A stretch of 25,063 nt of DNA from a virus (Duplodnaviria > Caudoviricetes), in the IMG/VR virus record IMGVR_UViG_3300009155_000236, positions 1 to 25,063 of that record; one strand, given 5' to 3'. Positions 1 through 8,016 of the stretch are shown here, piece after piece. The notes below the pieces were generated by a model. It was not told the DNA's origin and made no database searches. It saw only the letters and a program-made list of their open reading frames with translations. The position numbers and the translations under genes are program-made. Numbering within the stretch: the stretch's first letter is position 1; the number at the start of each line of letters is the position of its first letter.

Positions 1-2
1 AG

Positions 3-632
3 GTTACTTCAGGAGCAAGTGCTGGTAAGTTTAAGCAATGGAATCCTGATGCTACTGATGGTTCTCAAAAGATCATCGGTGTTCTTATGAGTGCTCAGAA
101 AATGCAACTCATGGGTACTGACCGTGACCGTTACATTGGTTATGTCCTCTATGGTGGTTGCGTAAAAGCTTCGGGCCTTGTCATTGCATCTTCAACCAGT
201 GACGGTATCGTAGGAAATGCTTCTGAATACGTAGTTCGTCGTCAAATGGCTATGGCATTCCGATTTGACGACGATCCTGCTGGATACATTCCTGGACAGC
301 TAGTAACTACTGTTACTGCTGATACTACACTTAGCGAGTCTCAAGCAGGTGGACTATTCGTAACTAATGGTTCAGCAGCTTTGACCTTTACTCTGCCTTC
401 TCCTAAACGTGGTTTGGAATACGCATTTTACAATGCAGTTGACCAAAATATGACTATCACTTGTGCAACAACTGACATTCTTGTAGTCTTTAACGACATT
501 GCTGCTGACTCAGTTGCGTTAAGTACTGCAAGTGAAAAAGTTGGTGGACATTTCCGAGTTATCGGAACTGGAACCAAGTGGCTCATAATTCCTAATCTTT
601 GGGAAGCTCAAACTCCAACCATTGCTACCTAA
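3..632 (+). CDS. Head decoration protein (lambda gpD-like) with an extra C-terminal beta-rich domain; 5' truncated by the window
   Basis: The frame of ORF 87..632 is open back to position 3, adding VTSGASAGKFKQWNPDATDGSQKIIGVL, which matches the gpD/HDPD-type 'GK...DPxAxDGSQxxxGIL' motif. It lies directly upstream of the major capsid gene. Confidence 0.8.
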   Translation, partial: VTSGASAGKFKQWNPDATDGSQKIIGVLMSAQKMQLMGTDRDRYIGYVLYGGCVKASGLVIASSTSDGIVGNASEYVVRRQMAMAFRFDDDPAGYIPGQLVTTVTADTTLSESQAGGLFVTNGSAALTFTLPSPKRGLEYAFYNAVDQNMTITCATTDILVVFNDIAADSVALSTASEKVGGHFRVIGTGTKWLIIPNLWEAQTPTIAT

Positions 633-690
633 TAAGTAGCTAACCTTTAACGTCACACAAACTTAGTAACACTCAAGAAAGAACATTACA

Positions 691-1863
691 ATGCCAGGAT
701 TGTCATACGAACAGTTGATGAAAGTACCACAAATTGTTCGATTATACGAACAGTTGCACACTCCATCATCGTTTTTTCAACGCTACTTTAAGCTAAGTCC
801 TACTGATACTCCTGTTGCTGTTGCAACCACAAGGGTATTCGGTTACGACATCATTGCCAATACCCGTACATTGGCTCCTATGACTGCACCGATGGCCCCG
901 CCAGTCTCGGTTGGTCAAAAACCAATTGCTACGGCTACTGCATCAGTATTCAGGACTCACATCAAAACTACCATTGCAGACGAGAAGGTATTCCAGACTC
1001 GTCAACTTGGTAGCTTTGGTTTGAACACCAAAGTAGATGCAACTGGAGCTAAGTACATTGCTACTCAAATCAAGCATTTGAAAACTCAAGTTACCAACTC
1101 TGTAGAGTGGATGGTTGCTAAGATGTTTCAAGGCGGATTCGGTATCAAAGCAGACGGAGAAGGATTCCGTTTGTGTGAACTAACTGATAGTAACGTTTTG
1201 CACTCCAATACTTACTTGATTCCTTCAAGTAACAAAGGAGACGTAAGCGGTATTATCGGTGCTGGAGAAGCTTGGAATGATGCTGCTGCACCTGTGCTAG
1301 ACCACTTGAATGAAATGAGTGTTCTTGCTGCTCGTGTAAGTGGTTATCAGCCAACTGATATTATCCTTAACGGTAATACAGCAAAGTTCTTGTTCAATAA
1401 CACTCAACTAGCTAAAGTTGGTGGTACTGCTTACCGAATTTTCGACTCACTAACTAATCGAGAAGTACGTAGCGAAGAACCACCTACTAGCGGTCCATAC
1501 ACTGTTCAATTCCGAGCACTTCCGCAGTACAACTTCCACGTGTACAACGAAGGCTTGATCTTGAACAACGTAATCCCTGATTACGCTAATCAAGTAAATG
1601 CAAACAACTGGACTACTTTGATTCCAGATGGTTATGCCCTTATTGTCCCACCTCCAGGAGATTGGGTAGGGTTTGGTACTTGTATGGAACCTGTTGCTGA
1701 AAACGTCATGTCTGACGTTAAGACGGTTACAGGACTTTACCAATGGCGTACACGTGAAATCGATCCTCCACGATTCGATGTCAAGATGCTGTTGAACTAT
1801 GTACCAATCCTTCCACAGCCTCAAGCAGTCATTTACGCCAACGTATGGAGAACTGGACTGTAA
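691..1863 (+). CDS. Major capsid protein, lambda gpE (Phage_cap_E)-like HK97 fold
   Basis: 390 aa with gpE-like segments RTLAPMTAPMAP, LKTQVTNSVEWMVAKMFQG, W(N)DAAAPVLDHL and terminal PILPQPQAVIYANV. Follows a gpD-like gene. Confidence 0.85.
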   Translation: MPGLSYEQLMKVPQIVRLYEQLHTPSSFFQRYFKLSPTDTPVAVATTRVFGYDIIANTRTLAPMTAPMAPPVSVGQKPIATATASVFRTHIKTTIADEKVFQTRQLGSFGLNTKVDATGAKYIATQIKHLKTQVTNSVEWMVAKMFQGGFGIKADGEGFRLCELTDSNVLHSNTYLIPSSNKGDVSGIIGAGEAWNDAAAPVLDHLNEMSVLAARVSGYQPTDIILNGNTAKFLFNNTQLAKVGGTAYRIFDSLTNREVRSEEPPTSGPYTVQFRALPQYNFHVYNEGLILNNVIPDYANQVNANNWTTLIPDGYALIVPPPGDWVGFGTCMEPVAENVMSDVKTVTGLYQWRTREIDPPRFDVKMLLNYVPILPQPQAVIYANVWRTGL

Positions 1864-1866
1864 TCA

Positions 1867-2367
1867 ATGGCTCTATCAGGTCAGAGATACGCATATCTGT
1901 TTACTTCTGAAGACGAGATGCTACGTCTGTTTTCAGAAGATGGGACATTACTCCATACAGACGATGTTGCTGACAATGATGAAGTCATTTACGAGATAGT
2001 TGAAAGAGCTACTGGTAGAGTCAAACAAATTTTGAATAAAAGTTTCGATGACATAAACCTAACGGCATCTCCAAGAATTAGAGAGATAGCAACCATAATA
2101 GGTTGTTATCTCTTATCAATTCGTAGAGGTAATCCTTCACTATACGCAGAGCAATATGTAGAAGCTCTAGCAGACCTTGAACAAATAGCTAATGGCGAAT
2201 TGTACCTGTCCGAACTTCCTCGTTCTGGAAATACCCTAGTAGTTTACCAGAACGTATCATCAGATAACAGATTCCCATTTAGTCCTGTTCGAGTTGACGC
2301 TATAACTTCTAACCGTACTGTAAGTGGACAGTTCCTAAATAGGATGATTCCATTTCTATGGCTGTAA
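1867..2367 (+). CDS. Head-tail adaptor, Mu gp36/DUF1320-like
   Basis: 166 aa with IREIATIIGCYLLSIRR and YVEALADLEQIANGELYL, the gp36-type 'Y..A...L..IA.G...L' pattern. Immediately after the capsid gene. Confidence 0.75.
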   Translation: MALSGQRYAYLFTSEDEMLRLFSEDGTLLHTDDVADNDEVIYEIVERATGRVKQILNKSFDDINLTASPRIREIATIIGCYLLSIRRGNPSLYAEQYVEALADLEQIANGELYLSELPRSGNTLVVYQNVSSDNRFPFSPVRVDAITSNRTVSGQFLNRMIPFLWL

Positions 2368-2969
2368 ATGGTCAAATATATCTTGATCTAGTCAGAGAAA
2401 CTGGATTCACTGAAGAACAGATGGATGACGAGTTCAAGTACTTTGCTTTGAACTTAATCCTGTACAATGTAATTAAGTTGAACTACACAGCTTTTTTACA
2501 AAAAGCAGTAGTACCAGCATATCGAAAACTTAAAGGCGTAGATCAATATGGTGTATCATGGGACCCGCTAAGCAGTAGGACCATAGCCATAAAGAAACGT
2601 CTTAATTATCGATATGCTGGTGTTATTGCAATTAACATTCGTACTAGACGTTTGTTAGAAGCACTAAAACCAGGCTACTTTAGAAATGGCTATTACGTGC
2701 CAAGAGCAGAACAGGTAGTACGAATTACTTTAGACAACATCTTCTTTGCAGTAAATGTACCCTATGCAGGCTATGTAGATGCGAAGCGTCCTATCTTTAT
2801 ACAAGATAGTAGGTTGATTCGAGATGCAGTAAAAAAATCGTTACCAATTCTACGTAACTACTGGAAAAGACGAGACGTACTTCGTAAAATGAACAGAGCT
2901 AAACGTAGACTGCAAATGATAGAAAAAGCTAGATCAAAGCTTAGACCTAATCCCCCTGCACCCCAATAG
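2358..2969 (+). CDS. Virion morphogenesis / neck protein, Mu gpG-like
   Basis: Basic 203 aa protein with GVSWDPLSSRTIAIKKR and NVPYAGYVDAKRPIF, resembling the gpG 'W.PL...T...K' and 'YA..H...RPF' motifs. Synteny fits. Confidence 0.65.
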   Translation: MAVNGQIYLDLVRETGFTEEQMDDEFKYFALNLILYNVIKLNYTAFLQKAVVPAYRKLKGVDQYGVSWDPLSSRTIAIKKRLNYRYAGVIAINIRTRRLLEALKPGYFRNGYYVPRAEQVVRITLDNIFFAVNVPYAGYVDAKRPIFIQDSRLIRDAVKKSLPILRNYWKRRDVLRKMNRAKRRLQMIEKARSKLRPNPPAPQ

Positions 2970-2989
2970 CTTCTGGAGTAGAAAATAAA

Positions 2990-3601
2990 ATGTTTGAAAA
3001 GACTATTCTAGAACTTGTACAATCTGTACTCAATGAATCAGTACTTACCAAGGTTCCTAAAATCAACACTGACTGCATTCATGTAACAGCTTATGACCAA
3101 CCTCCACCAACAGTAGGACAGTTCTTCATTCTCATTTACCCAGAGTCTAGAGTCAACTATGCAGAACAACGTAGCGAAGGTCCTAAGAACTACGTATATG
3201 ATAGAATAGGTTTTGACATTGTATGCGGAGCTAGAACTAGATTAGCACCTACTGATCGTTTAGCTGCGTATATGAATGAAGAGTATACGTCTTTAAATCT
3301 TATTAAAGATATAGTTATTACTACTATAAGTAAAACAAACAGTAGTACTAATATGATCTTATTAGAGTACTTAAAACGTAACTTAAAAGCATATCCTAAA
3401 GATGTATATGACTATCTTACAAATAGTATAGACATAGTAGATGGTTTTGAGTATACTGGAGCAGATGCACAACCAATACCAAGATTAGCAGATTACTTTT
3501 CTGCTAGTGATGGTAAAGAAACTTTATCAGAACGTCCGGCAGGCCATACTTACACCTGTCGTTTTCTTTCCCCCTCCAGAATTTACGGTGTGCAATGCTG
3601 A
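2990..3601 (+). CDS. Putative tail terminator / tail completion protein
   Basis: 203 aa with a GGAG RBS at about 2975-2978, located between neck and tail tube genes. Function inferred from synteny only. Confidence 0.45.
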   Translation: MFEKTILELVQSVLNESVLTKVPKINTDCIHVTAYDQPPPTVGQFFILIYPESRVNYAEQRSEGPKNYVYDRIGFDIVCGARTRLAPTDRLAAYMNEEYTSLNLIKDIVITTISKTNSSTNMILLEYLKRNLKAYPKDVYDYLTNSIDIVDGFEYTGADAQPIPRLADYFSASDGKETLSERPAGHTYTCRFLSPSRIYGVQC

Positions 3602-3640
3602 ATTTATTAGACACCTTTCGCTAATAAATTCTGCATTGCA
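3591..3640. repeat. 20-bp inverted repeat (19/20 match, 10-nt loop) whose arms carry the 19-bp upstream element
   Basis: TGCAATGCTGAATTTATTAG (3591-3610), loop ACACCTTTCG, CTAATAAATTCTGCATTGCA (3621-3640). Confidence 0.9.
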
Positions 3641-3654
3641 GAAGGAAGTACCCC

Positions 3655-4218
3655 ATGTTTGCTTTTGAATGCCAAAGATGTCGCAGAAGAACTTTCCATC
3701 CTTCTCAACGGTTAGCCAAATGTTGCGAAGGAGCAAAACAAACTCAGTTAGTAAATATCTGCTTAATCATACCAGTTGAAGAAATACCAAAAAATAGAGT
3801 GGTGCATACCTCAACAGGTAATGGCGTGCTCATGGTTGCTTCTGGTCAAAAATGGGCAACTGCTTGTAACGCAATAACATTGCCTCAAGTTACAACAGCA
3901 GTACCTAAAGCAGCTACATGTTTTCGTTGTAGAAAATGGATAGAAAGTAAAGAAAAGTTAGAGTTAGCTAAAAAAGAAATGGCATCTCTTGACGAGTTTA
4001 TGCAAACTGTTGATATTGAAGATGAAGACAATCCAGAGAATTCAGTAGTGGGAAAAGTCGAAGAAATACGTCAAGATTTATCGACAACCAACAAAATTCC
4101 TAGTATTGAAGAACTTGATGCAGTTTTGACAAAAATCGAAAATGCAAGTAGAATGCTACGTGAACGGAAAATAGTTACAAATCAAATCCAGTTAGCACAG
4201 GAGCTTAAAAAGCTATGA
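3655..4218 (+). CDS. Hypothetical protein with a Cys-rich (probable Zn-binding) N-terminal domain and a coiled-coil C-terminus
   Basis: CQRC, CC, C, C, CFRC give 8 Cys in the first ~92 aa. GAAGGA RBS at 3641-3646. ATGA overlap with the next gene. Confidence 0.65.
   Translation: MFAFECQRCRRRTFHPSQRLAKCCEGAKQTQLVNICLIIPVEEIPKNRVVHTSTGNGVLMVASGQKWATACNAITLPQVTTAVPKAATCFRCRKWIESKEKLELAKKEMASLDEFMQTVDIEDEDNPENSVVGKVEEIRQDLSTTNKIPSIEELDAVLTKIENASRMLRERKIVTNQIQLAQELKKL
4126..4154 (+). promoter_or_regulatory. Sigma70-type promoter upstream of the tail tube gene, inside the preceding CDS
   Basis: TTGACA (4126-4131), 17-nt spacer, TAGAAT (4149-4154). The tube ATG at 4215 is preceded by AGGAG. Confidence 0.65.
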
Positions 4219-4847
4219 GTTTCATTGCAGGGGCCTTTAACGCAACATTCAACGGTAAGCCTATGGGAACCACTGAAGACGGTTTCGAGCTTACCTTCAA
4301 TAGAATCCACGAAGAAATTCGCGTTGACCAATACCGTGGTATGGTAGATGGGGTCTTTCAAGGAATTGACATGACACTTCGAACCGTTCTAATGGAAGCA
4401 GACCACGAAGTAATCACAGATATTCTATTAGCATTTGACAACGATCAAGACGGTACTATTTTCACAGGACTTGCTGTACCACCTGCTACTGCATGGGACG
4501 GTGACATTTTTAGGTTTCAAGGAACTGTACCGAACAGTACTGGACAATTGCTTAGCAAAATGGCTCGTCCATTAGTTCTAACTCCTTGTGGTGGCACTAC
4601 AGCAAAACTTCTAGACTTAGTAGGTGCAGGTGCTCAAGCAACAGCTCTAGGATCAATTACTTTTGCTAAAGCAGTACTTACAGCAGATCCAGTATCTATT
4701 AAGTACGCTGCTAGTCTACGTAAAATACCTATTGCGTTCCATATCCTTCCCGATTGGAGTTCTGGAGCACTCGCAACTGGACAACCAGCGGCGTCCTTTG
4801 GGTCTGTTTGCGGCAATCAGCTTAACTATTTTGTGCGAGCAGCGTAG
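4215..4847 (+). CDS. Major tail (tube) protein
   Basis: 210 aa with N-terminus MGTTEDGFELTFNRIHEEIRVDQY...DGVFQGIDMTLRTVLME, typical of siphoviral tube proteins ('G.T..G.......E.I..DQ'). Strong RBS AGGAG at 4199-4203. Confidence 0.75.
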   Translation: MSFIAGAFNATFNGKPMGTTEDGFELTFNRIHEEIRVDQYRGMVDGVFQGIDMTLRTVLMEADHEVITDILLAFDNDQDGTIFTGLAVPPATAWDGDIFRFQGTVPNSTGQLLSKMARPLVLTPCGGTTAKLLDLVGAGAQATALGSITFAKAVLTADPVSIKYAASLRKIPIAFHILPDWSSGALATGQPAASFGSVCGNQLNYFVRAA

Positions 4848-4861
4848 TCTAGAATTGCTCA

Positions 4862-4890
4862 TTGCAAGTCTACACTAAAAATGAGACAAT
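4862..4890 (+). promoter_or_regulatory. Possible sigma70 promoter for the tape-measure-like gene
   Basis: TTGCAA (4862-4867), 17-nt spacer ending in TGA (extended -10 TGn), GACAAT (4885-4890). Confidence 0.4.
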
Positions 4891-4922
4891 AGCCTAGCGT
4901 AGTGCTAGGCTATAGTCGTTTT
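4885..4922 (+). terminator. Stem-loop after the tail tube gene (probable intrinsic terminator)
   Basis: ATAGCCTAGC (4889-4898), loop GTAGT, GCTAGGCTAT (4904-4913). The stem extends with GAC/GTC after one mismatch and is followed by GTTTT. Confidence 0.55.
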
Positions 4923-4951
4923 AAAAGTCCATATCCAACTAAGTAGCAATC

Positions 4952-7900
4952 ATGACTAGCGGAATCAATGTAGACATAACCTACGACGAATCAAACGATA
5001 AGAACAAAAAGTCTGATGTAGATTCTGAAACTAGTGCTAAGAAACCTGCAACTAAAAAGAAAACGCCTGAACCACTTACAGAACAACAACTAGCTCGTGT
5101 AAAAGAGATACAAGCTAAATATCTAGATGGTAGTGCTACTGGTCCTGAAATAAAAGAGTTCCTTGCTTTAACTAAAACACAAATAAGAACAGGACTTAGA
5201 GACTTACTTACTAAGAAGAATACTCTAGTAGGTGGTGAACAAATTATTCGTGGAAAACCTCTATCTCAAATAGTAGAACGTAGAGGACATCCAAATGAAA
5301 AAAAGAATCGTTTAAAGAAGCAAATAACTGCTGCCATGTCTAGAGCGTCTGACAAGCTAATGCAGCAGTCTGTACTTGGACAACAACCAAGTGCTCTATC
5401 TCAAGAGATGTCTAAGCCTACACCTGAATCATCATCTAAAGATGTAGATAAATCTGCACTTGAATCATCATCTAAAGATGTAGATAAGCCTACGCAAGTA
5501 CAGCATAACACTAATCTTAAAAACGTATACGGGTTCGGTTTTGGCAATGAAGGTCTACCCGATCCAGCAAGCGTAACACGTGAAGAATGGCTCAAAGAGT
5601 ATATGCCTTTGATTATGAAAGGAGTTCCAGATGCAAAACTTGACCACGAAGATTTTGTAAATCTTGAAAGTATGTTTGGCAACAAAAACCCTTTCAGTCC
5701 AGATAGCCCATTGATGAAAACGCTATCTAAATGGGTTTACAATAGCGACTTACACTATGTAAACTGGTATGAAGGTGTTAGTAATCTTTTTAAAGATAAA
5801 TCTGATGCCGCTAAAATGATGCTGGAGCAAATATCCAAAGAAACTGATACTGTATTAAATCAGGAAGAGTTTGGTGATCCAGGAGATTTAAAACCGCTTG
5901 CAGAATCTTTTGTAAAATATCTTCCAAAGTACTTAGCTAGTAAACCAAATAGTGATATATCTAATTTACTAGAAACATCTAAAGCTGTACTTGATCCTTT
6001 AGAGTATGCTATTAGTACGTGGGAAAAATTTCAAATAAAAAAATCACCTGAACAATCTGCTTCAAAAACCATTGATAGTCAGTCTGTAGTTCCACCTACT
6101 AAAAAACAAGAAAACATATTTGACTATAGCAAAGAAGAAAACGCTACAAAGTACGAAGAAGAAAAATCTAAGCGTAAGCAAGAACAGGCTAGCAAGAAAA
6201 AGCAAGCTAATGAAGAAGCCAAAAAAATGGTTTCTAATGCCATTCTTCCAGTCAACGATGCTTTGAAAGATATTGCTTATGGTATTTCTAAAATAGGAAC
6301 GGGTTCTGGTGGTGGCGGTAAGGGTAAAGGTCCTAAAGCACCAGCAGGATTCGAAGGAGAAAACTTTGACGACGAAGATATGGGAAAAGAAGACGATCCC
6401 TTTCCAGTACTACGAGCAAGAATAGAAAATGTCACTCGTTCATTCGAGTCGTCCCTTTATGGAGAAAAAGAATCCAATTTATTTTCTTCCCTCCAGAAAA
6501 CTTTTGATAAAGGTCGTAGGTCTGAAAATCTAGATATTGTACAACAGAATATTGAAGAAGAAGTTAGAGCACAGATGAAGTTGCTTCTAGCTTTTGAAAC
6601 TCGTAATGAAAATGCTCGCAATTCTTTAGAAGCTATTTTAATTGAAAAAATTCGTAAAGAAGTAAATAAACCAGAAGAAAATCAGTCAATAGAAAATAAT
6701 AACTGGTTAAGGGATCGATTAAAAGAAGTTAGCGATTCCAGAAACAAAATTGAAGATGAATTTGCAAAAATCGAAGCTGACATAACTAGTAAACTTTCTG
6801 AACGTGCAACTGCTGGTTTTGTTCAAGGAAAAATTGAACGCGATATTCGTCAAATGGAAGTACAAGGAAAAGAAGAAGATAAGATAATCGATACTTACAT
6901 GAAACAATTTGGTAAGTATGTAAAAAGTACTTATAAACAAATTGCTGAAGAACAAGCGTTTGAAGTTGGTATACAAACAATGGAAGCCAACAAAGATACA
7001 ATGAGATCCACTGAACTACTAAAGAAAGTTAAAATAGCTTACGATAAAGAGTTTACCAGAGTAATGAACTCTGTACCTACAGAAACCGAATTAACTAGAG
7101 ATGAAATACTTGAAGCCCATCAAGCAGGACAAGGTAAGTTTTTACCAGAATCATTTAGAGCCAAAGGAGCATCGCCACAATACAATGCAAAATTAGCAAG
7201 TAATGCTGGTGGTATGGGCGGTGGTGGAGGAAACACCGGAGTATCTTCAGCAGCTTCGGAAGGTCCTGATGATATTCCTCCTAAAAGAGAAAACCTATCT
7301 TTACTACTACCTTCATCAAAAGTAGACATGGACAAAGTTCGTCAAAACTTTGCTAGATGGGCATTGATTCAACAAGCAACCGGCCCAATGGTTCAAGCGT
7401 CAACGCCTAAAGGAACTCAAGGATCTCAAGTATTTGGCAATGCTGCTACTGTAGGCGGTGGAGCTTTAGCGTTAGGAATCATAGGCGGTCCACTAGCTAC
7501 GGTAGCTGTAGGTATCACTCAAATGACAGGTATACTTGCTGAAATAGCCGAGAACACTAGTGAAGAAGTTGCAGGGTTTTCGCCAGAAGTAGTACTAGCT
7601 AAAGTAGAACAAACTTTGAATAGATTGTCTGTGAATATGTCTTTAGCTAACCAGTACGGAAAAGATTTAGCTAACTACCAAAAATCTTCAAGTGCAATGA
7701 GCAATCAACTATACCAATTAGGTGTAGATATATGGGGAGTAATAGACGGTCTAGCTATTTTCCTCATAGACATTTTGACATTCGTAGTAGCTATGATAAG
7801 AATGTCGGTATTGATATTATCTACTATTTGGAGTCTACTAGAAATAATCTTATGGCCTTTATATGCTTTAGCTAAACAATTAGTTCTAGGTTCTCAAATG

Positions 7901-7999
7901 CTTATGAACTTACTAACTGGTTGGAGTAAAGGTAGTGGAGTAAAGAACTACACTGAGGATTTTATGTCAAACGATCCAAGAAACAAAAACAACCCATAA
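4952..7999 (+). CDS. Putative tape measure protein
   Basis: 1015 aa directly after the tail tube, with long charged helical stretches, Gly-rich linkers and C-terminal hydrophobic/amphipathic helices (GGGALALGIIGGPLATVAVGI; LAIFLIDILTFVVAMIRMSVLILSTIWSLLEIILWPLY). Confidence 0.6.
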   Translation: MTSGINVDITYDESNDKNKKSDVDSETSAKKPATKKKTPEPLTEQQLARVKEIQAKYLDGSATGPEIKEFLALTKTQIRTGLRDLLTKKNTLVGGEQIIRGKPLSQIVERRGHPNEKKNRLKKQITAAMSRASDKLMQQSVLGQQPSALSQEMSKPTPESSSKDVDKSALESSSKDVDKPTQVQHNTNLKNVYGFGFGNEGLPDPASVTREEWLKEYMPLIMKGVPDAKLDHEDFVNLESMFGNKNPFSPDSPLMKTLSKWVYNSDLHYVNWYEGVSNLFKDKSDAAKMMLEQISKETDTVLNQEEFGDPGDLKPLAESFVKYLPKYLASKPNSDISNLLETSKAVLDPLEYAISTWEKFQIKKSPEQSASKTIDSQSVVPPTKKQENIFDYSKEENATKYEEEKSKRKQEQASKKKQANEEAKKMVSNAILPVNDALKDIAYGISKIGTGSGGGGKGKGPKAPAGFEGENFDDEDMGKEDDPFPVLRARIENVTRSFESSLYGEKESNLFSSLQKTFDKGRRSENLDIVQQNIEEEVRAQMKLLLAFETRNENARNSLEAILIEKIRKEVNKPEENQSIENNNWLRDRLKEVSDSRNKIEDEFAKIEADITSKLSERATAGFVQGKIERDIRQMEVQGKEEDKIIDTYMKQFGKYVKSTYKQIAEEQAFEVGIQTMEANKDTMRSTELLKKVKIAYDKEFTRVMNSVPTETELTRDEILEAHQAGQGKFLPESFRAKGASPQYNAKLASNAGGMGGGGGNTGVSSAASEGPDDIPPKRENLSLLLPSSKVDMDKVRQNFARWALIQQATGPMVQASTPKGTQGSQVFGNAATVGGGALALGIIGGPLATVAVGITQMTGILAEIAENTSEEVAGFSPEVVLAKVEQTLNRLSVNMSLANQYGKDLANYQKSSSAMSNQLYQLGVDIWGVIDGLAIFLIDILTFVVAMIRMSVLILSTIWSLLEIILWPLYALAKQLVLGSQMLMNLLTGWSKGSGVKNYTEDFMSNDPRNKNNP
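5425..5487 (+). repeat. In-frame tandem duplication (27-bp identical unit, 36-bp period)
   Basis: TGAATCATCATCTAAAGATGTAGATAA at 5425-5451 and 5461-5487, encoding ESSSKDVDK twice. Confidence 0.9.
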
Positions 8000-8016
8000 T
8001 ACTAAAGGTACTAATT

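Noticed and set aside
5425-5487. 27-bp direct repeat as a mini-CRISPR or att site
   Set aside because: Only two copies 9 nt apart, in frame within a CDS; a simple coding duplication.
7693-7705. 13-bp inverted match to 4854-4866 (ATTGCTCATTGCA)
   Set aside because: A single 13-bp match is expected by chance in 25 kb of AT-rich DNA, and it lies mid-CDS.
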